Below are positions 50,918-59,783 of a DNA stretch of 64,000 bases, piece by piece (positions within the stretch are counted from its first letter, which is position 1; each line of letters opens with the position of its first letter). A program made the position numbers and the translations under genes. A model generated the notes under the pieces. It worked only from the letters and a program-made list of their open reading frames with translations. It was not told where the DNA came from and searched no databases. The stretch lies in NCBI GenBank assembly GCA_041749335.1, contig JBGTBM010000010.1, positions 142,039-206,038 on the forward strand, written 5' to 3'. This stretch comes from Patescibacteria group bacterium (lineage in GTDB: Bacteria; Patescibacteriota; JABMPQ01).

Positions 50918-50988
50918 CAGGGGTGGTAGGAATTGAACCCACGTTACCGGTTTTGGAGACCGGAGTTCTACCACTGAACTACACCCCC
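50918..50988 (-). tRNA. tRNA-Trp(CCA)
   Basis: GGGGGTGTAGTTCAGTGGTAGAACTCCGGTCTCCAAAACCGG...CACCCCTG. Confidence 0.95.
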
Positions 50989-51040
50989 AAAATTAAGCAG
51001 AAGAGCAAGCCTTCAGTCCATGAATTTTTTAAAAATAAGT

Positions 51041-51196
51041 TTATTTGGTTTCTTTGTGGGCTGTGTGCTTGCGGCACTCCTTGCAATATTTTTTTAATTC
51101 CAATCTTTCTTTAATTAGTTTTTTATTTTTTCGTGAAAAATAATTAACATTATGGCATTCCGTGCATTCAAATTTTATCATATTGTCTTGAGACAT
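51041..51196 (-). CDS. rpmG: 50S ribosomal protein L33 (Zn-binding type; absent from the ORF track)
   Basis: Manual translation: [51 protein letters not shown]. Confidence 0.95.
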   Translation of the reverse strand: MSQDNMIKFECTECHNVNYFSRKNKKLIKERLELKKYCKECRKHTAHKETK

Positions 51197-51215
51197 ATAT
51201 TTTTTAATTAAATTT

Positions 51216-53120
51216 TTAAATATTTTTTATTCTGACCAAGGTCCATGCTCCGCCCTCGCCTTCTTTAACCAATTGAAGTAATTTTACTTCATATTCCTGG
51301 CCGTTATGCTCCACTCTTACTCGCGCCTCTCCGTCCTCGGATAAAAATAGATCAAATACATCAGTTTCGTTATCCAGGCCAAATTTTTCCGGAAGTTCTT
51401 CTTGCACTACCTTGACCGGATCTAATCTCCATTGCTCCTCGCCATCTTCAACCGCTTTTTGTTGTTGCTTGATATCAATAATGTTGTAGGGAAAAACTTC
51501 TTTACTCGCGGATGAATAGCTTTCCTCCCAAACTCCTTCTCGATATTCATAATAGATTACATCTTTGTCGGCAAAATAATCATTGCCGTCCGCCAGCTTC
51601 CATTGATAGCCCTCCGGTTGAAATGATGCGGTTACGTCGCATTTTATCTTACTTTTTTCATTTATGCAATGCAATAACAATCTGCGCGCATTAGCATTGT
51701 CCCCGTATTCAACATAATAGTCCGAATCGGTAACATAACCGATTTTAGCCGCTCGCCAAAATTCATTTTCCTGCGGCTCCTCAACCGCTAGAATATTAAT
51801 GTTTTTTTCAATATATTTAAATACTTCCGTTAAATTTATTTTAGGCGCTGATGATTCTGCTTCCGCTGCGGCCAGGGACTGCCAGTTCAAATCCTTCGGA
51901 ATTTCTATCGTTTGTAATATTTTAATATAATCATTCTTATCTCCGGCTTCTCGACGATATATAACCTCTGACTGTTTGGCTTCAATATCGGCCTTGATTA
52001 TTTCAGAATACACACCCCTTTGGCTATCAACGAAATAAATATATTTATTGGTTTTATCCCAAAATAGGTCAAAAATTTGGTTGCTGCTATCACTGGTTTC
52101 ATAGATCACTTCCGGCTTGGAGCCATTGCTTTCAATTATTTCCACCGTAATTTTTTTTATTTTATCATCATCGGAATAAATAATATGATTATAGGCGATA
52201 AATTTTCCATCGGGCGACCAGCGAAGTTCATAAATATTGCCCGTCAAGCTCGCTAAGTCGGTAAATTCCCCCACTTCGCTAATTTTTTTGATTTCGGTTT
52301 TTTTAATGATATCCCCGGACATCACTTTATCCAAATAGACCATAGCATCATCACCGGGAGAGATTGCGATAGGCTTTACTTCCCATAAATAATCCCAAGA
52401 AACATTTCTCCATTCTACTCCGCGGAAGGCGGGAGAAATTATTGATCCTTGAATTTTCGCTTGATTGAGCCGATACTCGGAATTGTCATATTTTTCTAAA
52501 TAATGAAACTTGTCGCCCGCGGCGTTAAAACCTTGATAATGCACCGGGTGCAGATTGGCGGCCGGAGCTACTAATTCGCTGGCTACTCCATTTTCGTTAT
52601 GAAAAACCCAATAAGAATATTCTTCATTATTATAAGAACGCAAATAAGCCACCGTGCTATAATCCGGAGACATCCAAATTCCCATAGGGTAATAATCTTT
52701 TGAAAAGGAAGCAATTTTATTTTCCGAAGCCCCCTTAAAGTCTGCCGCCCACAAAATCATATGATTTAAATCATCCTGTTTTTCTCCCGGTTCGTAATAA
52801 AACAGATTTGTTTTGGTGGCTTGAGGATTGGCCATAATAGAAACGTCGTGCGCGATATCAATGGTAAATTTTTGCTCCCCGATTGAATCGATAAAATAAA
52901 TATCGCCCCACTTGGTTTTATCTTTATCAATATACTTCTCGCCGATCAACAAGGCGGATTTATCCAAAGAATTGTCTTGCGTTATCTTTTCATTATAATC
53001 ATCCTTTTCTTGATCATATTTTTCTTTGTAGTATTTCCAGCCATAAAAAAATCCCACCGACATTCCTCCCAATACCAATATTAATATAAAATTGATTATT
53101 ACCGCTTTAAATATTTTCAT
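51216..53120 (-). CDS. Membrane-anchored TolB-like beta-propeller protein
   Basis: N-terminal TM helix; [30 protein letters not shown] repeats. Confidence 0.7.
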   Translation of the reverse strand: MKIFKAVIINFILILVLGGMSVGFFYGWKYYKEKYDQEKDDYNEKITQDNSLDKSALLIGEKYIDKDKTKWGDIYFIDSIGEQKFTIDIAHDVSIMANPQATKTNLFYYEPGEKQDDLNHMILWAADFKGASENKIASFSKDYYPMGIWMSPDYSTVAYLRSYNNEEYSYWVFHNENGVASELVAPAANLHPVHYQGFNAAGDKFHYLEKYDNSEYRLNQAKIQGSIISPAFRGVEWRNVSWDYLWEVKPIAISPGDDAMVYLDKVMSGDIIKKTEIKKISEVGEFTDLASLTGNIYELRWSPDGKFIAYNHIIYSDDDKIKKITVEIIESNGSKPEVIYETSDSSNQIFDLFWDKTNKYIYFVDSQRGVYSEIIKADIEAKQSEVIYRREAGDKNDYIKILQTIEIPKDLNWQSLAAAEAESSAPKINLTEVFKYIEKNINILAVEEPQENEFWRAAKIGYVTDSDYYVEYGDNANARRLLLHCINEKSKIKCDVTASFQPEGYQWKLADGNDYFADKDVIYYEYREGVWEESYSSASKEVFPYNIIDIKQQQKAVEDGEEQWRLDPVKVVQEELPEKFGLDNETDVFDLFLSEDGEARVRVEHNGQEYEVKLLQLVKEGEGGAWTLVRIKNI

Positions 53121-53192
53121 ATTGATTACTTTTTTTTATTTTACCAAATACATTGATTGCTCGCTAGTTGCTTTTATTAACAAATAGATAAG

Positions 53193-53224
53193 AAAAAGGG
53201 GGCAGTAGTTAAATACTGTCCCCT
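53193..53224 (-). terminator. Intrinsic terminator of the high-GC gene
   Basis: AGGGGACAGTA-TTTAAC-TACTGCCCCCT-TTTT. Confidence 0.8.
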
Positions 53225-53303
53225 GGAAGGTGCTAGGCGAGATATTCGGATGAATAGTTGACTTCCTCAGAATGAGTTGGTCGGAAAGATCAAATCTAGT
53301 GCG

Positions 53304-54695
53304 CTAGCAGTTGTAGCGCCGCTTGCTGTCGGCGACCTCGCCGAAGGTAGCGATGGCTGCCTTGCGACCATTGCCATCGGCGTAGACCTGGACGTCCTTC
53401 GAGTCGGCATGTCCGAAGCTGAAGCTGTTGCGGGCCTTGAAACCGCGGCCCCGCTGGTTCTGGCTTTTCTTCCCGCCGTTGGTGTTTCCGGACTCGTAGC
53501 GCTCGGCATCCCGCTCGTACTTCTTGGCCACTGCCTTCTCGACAGCGACCGAGAGCGGAGTCGTCCAGGCGTCTCGCTCGTCCTTGCGCGGGACTCCCCG
53601 AAGGATGTTCCCGCAGCGGCTGCAGAGAACCACCGGCTTGTTCTTCACCACCGGCTTCCCCTTGTCGTCGAGAACGACCTGCCCCTTGAGGTTGCCCTGC
53701 TTGTGCACGATCCGCATGGGCTGCCAGGAGATCCACATCTTGGGAAGTGGAATGTCCTCGCCGGCGCGGTTGATGAGAATGACCTTGTCATCCTCGTCTC
53801 GAGCCACGTCAGCCATCGTCCCCCGCTCGGAACAGTGGGGATTGGAGCAGACGTGGACATCCTTGGCATCGACCTTTGGCAGGAAGACGGGCGGACAGTT
53901 GTTCTCGTCCAGCAGGCCGTCGAACAGGTCGCGGGCCCACTGGCGCGAGAGATCGTTCGCGCTCGGTGTTCTCTGATCTTCCTCCTTCTGGTCGCCGGAC
54001 TCCACGTCCATACCGACCATGAAGGCGTCGGCCTGAGACAGAAGCTTCTGCTCGCGCAGGTGCTCCTGCTCCTCACGCCGGAGCCTCTGCTCCTCGGCCT
54101 CCTGAGACATCTTCTGGATCTTCGCTTCCGCCTCCTGCTGCCTGTGCGCCTCTTCGTCCTTGCGCTGCTTGTACTTGCGCTGGGCGTAGGAGAAATCGAG
54201 GAAGATGTCGTCGCGGCCGAAGAATCGCATGAGCTGCGAACGACAGTCGGGGCAGACCGGGAACGGTCCACCGCCATCCTTGAGAGTCAGCAGGCGGGAC
54301 TGGAAGGCCTTCGCGAGAGCGAACTGCTTCTCCTCGAGAGGAGAGCGTTTTCCGCGCGTGATGCGAGTGACCTCCGCCATCTTGGACGGATTCACCGTCT
54401 TCACGCACTCCGGAGTTCCTTCGCTTCCCATCACCATCTCCTTCCCGCAGTCGGGACGAGCGGCGCAGATCACGGTCTTCTCGGGGTCGTAGTCGAGCTG
54501 GCGTTCGGCCGGCACGACCTCGGCCTTGGCTAGGCGCCTCTCTTCGTTTTTCTTGGCCTTGGCGGCGGCTTGAACGCGACGCCTGCAGTGGGAACAGAAG
54601 CCATCGGGATCGTTGTCGTTCCAGTAGTTCTTGCAGGGGTTGCCCCCTTTCGTCACTCCCGGACACATCTTGCCATCGGAACGCTTTGGTGACAT
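53304..54695 (-). CDS. High-GC hypothetical Cys-rich (multi Zn-finger-like) coiled-coil protein
   Basis: Strong G/C-ending codon bias. AAGAGGTG precedes ATG at 54695. Motifs CPGVTKGGNPC..FCSHC, CPDC, CSNPHC, CSRC. Confidence 0.75.
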   Translation of the reverse strand: MSPKRSDGKMCPGVTKGGNPCKNYWNDNDPDGFCSHCRRRVQAAAKAKKNEERRLAKAEVVPAERQLDYDPEKTVICAARPDCGKEMVMGSEGTPECVKTVNPSKMAEVTRITRGKRSPLEEKQFALAKAFQSRLLTLKDGGGPFPVCPDCRSQLMRFFGRDDIFLDFSYAQRKYKQRKDEEAHRQQEAEAKIQKMSQEAEEQRLRREEQEHLREQKLLSQADAFMVGMDVESGDQKEEDQRTPSANDLSRQWARDLFDGLLDENNCPPVFLPKVDAKDVHVCSNPHCSERGTMADVARDEDDKVILINRAGEDIPLPKMWISWQPMRIVHKQGNLKGQVVLDDKGKPVVKNKPVVLCSRCGNILRGVPRKDERDAWTTPLSVAVEKAVAKKYERDAERYESGNTNGGKKSQNQRGRGFKARNSFSFGHADSKDVQVYADGNGRKAAIATFGEVADSKRRYNC

Positions 54696-54811
54696 CTCAC
54701 ACCTCTTTTTACTTCTTGGTGTTGTGGTTTTATGAACAGACATTTCTGTCTGCCCACATTGTCTTTTCCGAATACCTATTATTAATGTACTTTCCCCTTA
54801 TATGCAAACAA

Positions 54812-54890
54812 GAAGAACCTTTTTTGGGCACTAAGCCCTCACCTCCATAAGGAAGGTCTAAGTAAGGAGGTAACTTAGACAAGGTTCTTC
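54812..54890 (-). ncRNA. Multi-stem structured element in the leader of the high-GC gene
   Basis: A 10-bp closing stem GAAGAACCTT/AAGGTTCTTC encloses three hairpins. Confidence 0.55.
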
Positions 54891-55023
54891 ATATCTGAAT
54901 ATAATTTCCAAGTTTTAACTTAAGATTTTGAGAAATTATATAATCATTATTGAAAAGGTTCGTTTTTAACGCCATCTCTTTTCAGGCATCAATATTTTTT
55001 ACTATCTCAATCTTTATTGCACA

Positions 55024-55052
55024 AGTTTAACATATTATAATATTTATGTCAA
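55024..55052 (-). promoter_or_regulatory. Sigma70 promoter for the high-GC gene
   Basis: TTGACA-N17-TAAACT with an extended TG. Confidence 0.6.
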
Positions 55053-55210
55053 GGCCTTTTGACATCTTTTGTCATTTTATTATCTTTTGTTTCATCTATA
55101 TTGTATTATTTTTTATAAATTATGTTTTACAATACCAACATATATTTATTAATAATGTTTTAGGCGCAGACATTTGGCGAGTTAAGTAATAGTGTTTTAT
55201 TTCTGAGTTA

Positions 55211-55235
55211 TTGGCAGGTTAAGAACCTGCCCTAC
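55211..55235. repeat. GTAG-type REP-like palindrome
   Basis: Minus strand GTAG-GGCAGGTT-CTT-AACCTGCC. Confidence 0.55.
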
Positions 55236-55494
55236 TTAAATATCTTTAAATTACATAGTTAACTGGGACTTAGTATATATATTTATTCATAAAGCCTTGA
55301 CAAATTATTTATATAATTTATAATAAAGCCAGAATCAATGTCGGTTCTTGAGGAGAAAATAGAGGTATTACCGACATCGTGTGAACCATGACAGTTCTTT
55401 ATAAAAATTCTCCTCAAAACAAAAATACCTCGTGAAGACAAGGAGGTAAATATGTATGTGACCAGTTGGGGAAATATGTGCCGGTTTATTGTCC

Positions 55495-55523
55495 CCCGCG
55501 TCGCCCATTGCAGTGATGGCGGG
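55495..55523. repeat. GC-rich palindromic insert
   Basis: cccgcgtcgcccattgcagtgatggcggg in AT-rich DNA, with CCCGC...GCGGG ends like the insert at 4085-4123. Confidence 0.6.
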
Positions 55524-55638
55524 TGAATGTGTATGATATAAACTTTCATTATTTTCTTGCAACAGGCAAAACAAAAACCTCCGCTTGGAGGTTGAAGATA
55601 TATGAAGACTCTTAGTTCGCTAGGGGTCTCTTTTTTTA

Positions 55639-56403
55639 TTATTTATTAAATTTTTCCGAACCATTCCATGACAGCTCAAAAATATATTTCATAGTGTTAG
55701 CAATTTCCTGGCTCTCAATAATAACGCCGATGATTTTACCTTTATAAGTAGCGATAGCTAATTTATTGCAATAAATATTAATTTCAGCCGAAAAAGGAAA
55801 TTTATTTATCGGCACATACCTGCGATCTTTAGTCCCCTCTTTTTTTGGCAAAAAATTTCCCTTTTTGCTGGTATAAATAATTCTTTCCGGAATATTCTTT
55901 AGTTTCCGCGCCATTTCCTTGCGATGATCGGTTGGGCTGGGAGGCAATACTCGATAAACTTCATCCAAAGGAACAATTTGGTCAAGCCTCTCTACTTTGG
56001 ATTTGATCATATCGTCGCGAATTGATCTTAAACCTTCTTTCCCTTCAAAAAATCTCACCTTGGGTTTCTCTCCGCCAAGATTATACATAATATTTAATTC
56101 CGGAATTACATTTTTTATTTCTTCTTCTTTTTGCTTCAATCTAATTTGTTCGTTTTGAAGCAAATCTTTAAATTTTTCCGGAGATTCTGCGGTAAAATAT
56201 CTTTTTTTTCCCTTTTCAAAAGTTGATATTAGGCCTTTTTTCATCAAAGATTCCAATACCACATACGCCGTAGGGCGATTAATTTCCGCCTTTTTGGCAA
56301 TTTCCAAAACGCTGGCATAACCTAATTCCAAAGCTGATAAGTATATTTTTGCTTCTTTTGATTTTAAGCCTAAATTGGTTAGATCTTTGGGCAATATTGA
56401 CAT
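55639..56403 (-). CDS. TrmB-family transcriptional regulator
   Basis: LGLKSKEAKIYLSALELG..EIAKKAEINRPTAY, PKVRFFEGKEGL. Confidence 0.88.
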   Translation of the reverse strand: MSILPKDLTNLGLKSKEAKIYLSALELGYASVLEIAKKAEINRPTAYVVLESLMKKGLISTFEKGKKRYFTAESPEKFKDLLQNEQIRLKQKEEEIKNVIPELNIMYNLGGEKPKVRFFEGKEGLRSIRDDMIKSKVERLDQIVPLDEVYRVLPPSPTDHRKEMARKLKNIPERIIYTSKKGNFLPKKEGTKDRRYVPINKFPFSAEINIYCNKLAIATYKGKIIGVIIESQEIANTMKYIFELSWNGSEKFNK

Positions 56404-56515
56404 GGTATTTATTTATCAAAATTTATAATACGGCATATCTTAGATAATATTATAGCGAATTTATTTATATTTATAATCACCACGTTCTTTTAATTATTTT
56501 CTTGTTCAACCCTGA

Positions 56516-56609
56516 ATCGGCGGTGGGATTCCTAACTGTGGCAATTTTTCGAACCTCTGCCTGCGGCAGACAGGCACGACTTATCCCGCTTAGCGGGTTG
56601 CTCTAGCCG
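56516..56609 (-). pseudogene. Degenerate copy of tRNA-Thr with inserts and a replaced anticodon arm
   Basis: Blocks cggtgggattc / gaacc / cacgac / ttgctctagccg are collinear with the adjacent tRNA-Thr. Confidence 0.85.
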
Positions 56610-56659
56610 ATAGATTGATTACCGTATTGAATATAATTTGCAATTTGCCTTAAATTCTT

Positions 56660-56732
56660 AGCCGACGGTGGGATTCGAACCCACGACCTACTGTTTACAA
56701 AACAGTTGCTCTAGCCGCTGAGCTACATCGGC
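56660..56732 (-). tRNA. tRNA-Thr(TGT)
   Basis: GCCGATGTAGCTCAGCGGCTAGAGCAACTGTTTTGTAAACAGT...CCGTCGGCT. Confidence 0.95.
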
Positions 56733-56735
56733 ATT

Positions 56736-56818
56736 TGGGCCGGGCAGGACTCGAACCTGCGTAGGCCGAAGCCATCAGATTTACAGTCTGACCCAGTTGA
56801 CCACTTTGGTACCGACCC
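56736..56818 (-). tRNA. tRNA-Tyr(GTA)
   Basis: Anticodon arm TCAGA-CTGTAAA-TCTGA with long variable arm. Confidence 0.95.
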
Positions 56819-56837
56819 ATCTTATAAATTTTTAATA

Positions 56838-56890
56838 AACCCGCCACCGGATTTAAGCCCGCGACTTTTCCCTGTCTAAAATATAGCTCT
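56838..56890 (-). pseudogene. Decayed tRNA remnant
   Basis: AGAGC-N23-GCGGG-CTTAAAT-CCGGT-GGCGGGT keeps D-arm/T-arm/acceptor spacing. Confidence 0.5.
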
Positions 56891-57321
56891 GAATTAGTAA
56901 AAATCAGAGTCAGTTCTAGAAAAATGTTGTTAGTTATTAACACAATTAAATCTAACATATATAATTAAGCGCATCAAGAGAAATATAATTATTATTTAAT
57001 ATGAAATATTTTAAGATAGAAAGTTTTTTAGATTAATAAACATAAAATTGTTTATAAATTTTGCCATGTATTTATTGTTTGCGGTTGTTTTATCATACCA
57101 CTCCTAATATTCCTACTCTTGTATTACAATAAACCAAATATTTTCAGTATTTATAAATGTTTTCAACTTAAAAAATATAAATGCGCTCGCCATTATTAAA
57201 TTGTTTACCCGATAAACCTAGATATTGTTTTAATAAAAGTATTATGTTTTAATAAAAGTAAAAGTTATTCACACTTTTTAAAAATTAAGTCTTGAATATT
57301 TCATTAATTTTTTATATTATT

Positions 57322-57594
57322 ATGAATAAATTAAATTTGGCAGATATAAATAAGAATAGTGATAATAATGATCGAAAATATTATTTATTTGCATTAAAGA
57401 TTATTGGTGATTTTGGAATCGCTATTGCCGCCCCGGTAGTTATAATGGTATTAATCGGCCAATACCTTGACGAAAGATACCACCGCCAAATTTTATTTAC
57501 TATTTTGGGTTTTATTTTAGCCGCTTTGCTTTCCACATTGATTATCTACCGTAAAGCTAAAAAATATGGTGAACAATACCAGAAACTGAAATAA
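57322..57594 (+). CDS. AtpZ/AtpI family protein
   Basis: Two TM helices with IGQYLD, first gene of the atp operon. Confidence 0.8.
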   Translation: MNKLNLADINKNSDNNDRKYYLFALKIIGDFGIAIAAPVVIMVLIGQYLDERYHRQILFTILGFILAALLSTLIIYRKAKKYGEQYQKLK

Positions 57595-57600
57595 ATCTAT

Positions 57601-58377
57601 ATGCATATACCTACATTAGCTCCAGAAATACTATTTTATATCGGACCAGTGCCGATTACCAACACTATTATTAATACGTGGCTTGCGATAATTATTTTTT
57701 TAATCATAGGATTGATCCTTAGGCGAAAAATCAACCTTTATCCCGGCAAACTTCAAAATTTTTTCGAGTACGTTCTAGAATCATTATTAGGGTATTTCGA
57801 TCAAGTAACTGGCGACCGAAAAAAAACTTTACGCTTTTTGCCGTTAGTCGGATCAATTTTCTTTTTTATCCTGTTATCTAATTGGCTTGGATTAATTCCG
57901 GGAACAGGCAGTTTAACTTTTGATCATAAGATGCTATTACGTCCCGCTAATTCCGATCTAAACTTAACGGTAGCCATGGCCCTCGTCGCTGTAGTATGTT
58001 CGCATATTTACGGTATAATTTCCGTAGGAATTTTTACCCATTTAAATAAATTTATCCAGATTGGCACATTAATTAAAAGTTTGCGCAAGGGACCTATCGC
58101 TATTTTTACCGCCATTATTGAATTAGCGGTTGGGGTTATTGAATTAATTAGTGAAATGGCTAAAGTTTTATCTTTATCGCTTCGACTGTTCGGCAATATC
58201 TTTGCCGGCGAAGTATTAATTACCGTAATTGGCAGCCTTGTGGGTTTATTGGTTCCTACCCCCTTTATGCTGCTGGAAATATTAGTCGGAATCATCCAAG
58301 CTAGCGTTTTTGCAATTTTGACTTTGGTATATTTAACCGTTGCCACTACTGAAGTTGAAAGTCATGAAGAAGCTTAA
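57601..58377 (+). CDS. atpB: ATP synthase subunit a
   Basis: NWLGLIPG, SLSLRLFGNIFAGE, IQASVF. Confidence 0.97.
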   Translation: MHIPTLAPEILFYIGPVPITNTIINTWLAIIIFLIIGLILRRKINLYPGKLQNFFEYVLESLLGYFDQVTGDRKKTLRFLPLVGSIFFFILLSNWLGLIPGTGSLTFDHKMLLRPANSDLNLTVAMALVAVVCSHIYGIISVGIFTHLNKFIQIGTLIKSLRKGPIAIFTAIIELAVGVIELISEMAKVLSLSLRLFGNIFAGEVLITVIGSLVGLLVPTPFMLLEILVGIIQASVFAILTLVYLTVATTEVESHEEA

Positions 58378-58470
58378 TTTCAATAGCTTATTAATTAAAA
58401 CGGCGTCAGCGGAGCGAAGTAAAATAACCAATCCCCCTTCGTTCTAAAGATGTCAGAAAGGATTAAAAAT

Positions 58471-58692
58471 ATGGATCACGAATCAATTGTCGCAATCGCT
58501 AAAGCATTTACAATGGCAATCGGAGGCTTCGGTCCTGCCCTAGCAATCGGCAGACTGGTAGCAAAAGCGATGGAAGCGATTGGACGCAATCCGGAAGCAT
58601 CTGGAAAATTATTTGTACCTATGCTGTTAGGCGCGGCTTTCGCAGAAGCGATTGCAATTTATTCTCTAGTGGTAGTTTTTACTTTGAAGTAA
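58471..58692 (+). CDS. atpE: ATP synthase subunit c
   Basis: AIGRNPEA loop; FAEAIAIY lacks the Q/E/S Na+ signature, so it is H+-type. Confidence 0.97.
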   Translation: MDHESIVAIAKAFTMAIGGFGPALAIGRLVAKAMEAIGRNPEASGKLFVPMLLGAAFAEAIAIYSLVVVFTLK

Positions 58693-58805
58693 TCCCCTTG
58701 ATTAGGTCTTTGCTAAATAAAGGCCTAATCAAATAGGACTATTTCAGAAATATCATGGTTTAAAAAACTAATCGATATTATTGCTAGTAATTAATTTAGA
58801 TCAAG

Positions 58806-59372
58806 ATGAATTTGTTAAACATCGCCTTGGCCAATGAAACAACTGCAGAAAATATAGCCAATACTGAAGAAGGACTATTGGCATCATTGGGAATAAACGG
58901 CACCTTATTTATTTTTCAGTTAATTAATTTCGCTGTAGTCGCATTGATTCTTTGGTTTTTAATTCTTAAGCCGCTTACCAAAAAAATGTCAGAGAGACAA
59001 AAATTGATTGATAAGAGCATTGAACAAACTAAAGAAATCGAAAAGAATTTATCTCAAAGCGCAGAACAATATCAAGTTAAAATGACTGAAGCAAAAAAAG
59101 AGGCAAATAAAATTATTGCGGCAGCACAGCAGGAAGCGATAAAAGCTACAAATGTCGTTAAAGATAAAGCGCAGCAGGATATTGAGCGAATAAAAGAACA
59201 GGCTAAAAACCAGATAAATAAAGAAAAGGACATAGCGAGGCAACAAGTAAGAGATGAAGCCGCTAGTATGATAACAGCCGCTGCAGAAAAAATAATAACT
59301 GCCAAAATCGACGAGCACCAAGATAATCAATTGATTAAACAGATTATTGGTGATTTAAAAATAAAATCATGA
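58806..59372 (+). CDS. atpF: ATP synthase subunit b
   Basis: QLINF..LILKPL..MSERQ followed by a coiled coil. Confidence 0.95.
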   Translation: MNLLNIALANETTAENIANTEEGLLASLGINGTLFIFQLINFAVVALILWFLILKPLTKKMSERQKLIDKSIEQTKEIEKNLSQSAEQYQVKMTEAKKEANKIIAAAQQEAIKATNVVKDKAQQDIERIKEQAKNQINKEKDIARQQVRDEAASMITAAAEKIITAKIDEHQDNQLIKQIIGDLKIKS

Positions 59373-59761
59373 AAAAAAATACTATCAGGCAATATGCGCA
59401 AAGCCTATATCAGATAACCAGAAATGCTGCTCCAAAACAGCTGCCAGAAATAACTAAACAATTTTTATTTTTACTTACTCGCCACCACCAATTAAATAAA
59501 ATTGATTTTATTATCAAAGAATTTGACCAATACGCTAAAGAACAAGAAGGTATTCAAGAGATCACCATTGAATCAGCTTCAACCATTAATTCTGAAAATT
59601 TACAAAATATTAAAAAAATTTTTGGTGGTGAAAATACAATAGTCCATAGCACGATTAAACAAAATATCATCGGCGGCATGCGCCTAATAAGTAAGAACTT
59701 GATTTTTGATGCCACACTTAAAAAACAACTGCAAAAACTAAAAGAACATCTTAGTAGATAA
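59369..59761 (+). CDS. atpH: ATP synthase subunit delta (short)
   Basis: QYAQSLY, IIGGM..IFDATLKKQL; operon position. Confidence 0.88.
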   Translation: MKKNTIRQYAQSLYQITRNAAPKQLPEITKQFLFLLTRHHQLNKIDFIIKEFDQYAKEQEGIQEITIESASTINSENLQNIKKIFGGENTIVHSTIKQNIIGGMRLISKNLIFDATLKKQLQKLKEHLSR

Positions 59762-59783
59762 TATAATTTAAGATATACCCATT

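Noticed and set aside
53277-54533. 418-aa plus-strand ORF and other overlapping ORFs in the high-GC block
   Set aside because: Antisense shadow expected from strong G/C third-position bias. The L/V/G-rich composition is typical of a mirror frame, and SD, promoter and terminator all support the minus-strand gene.
56695-56958. 87-aa ORF here, and similar ORFs at 40110-40393 and 50923-51114
   Set aside because: They overlap tRNA genes or are antisense to rpmG.
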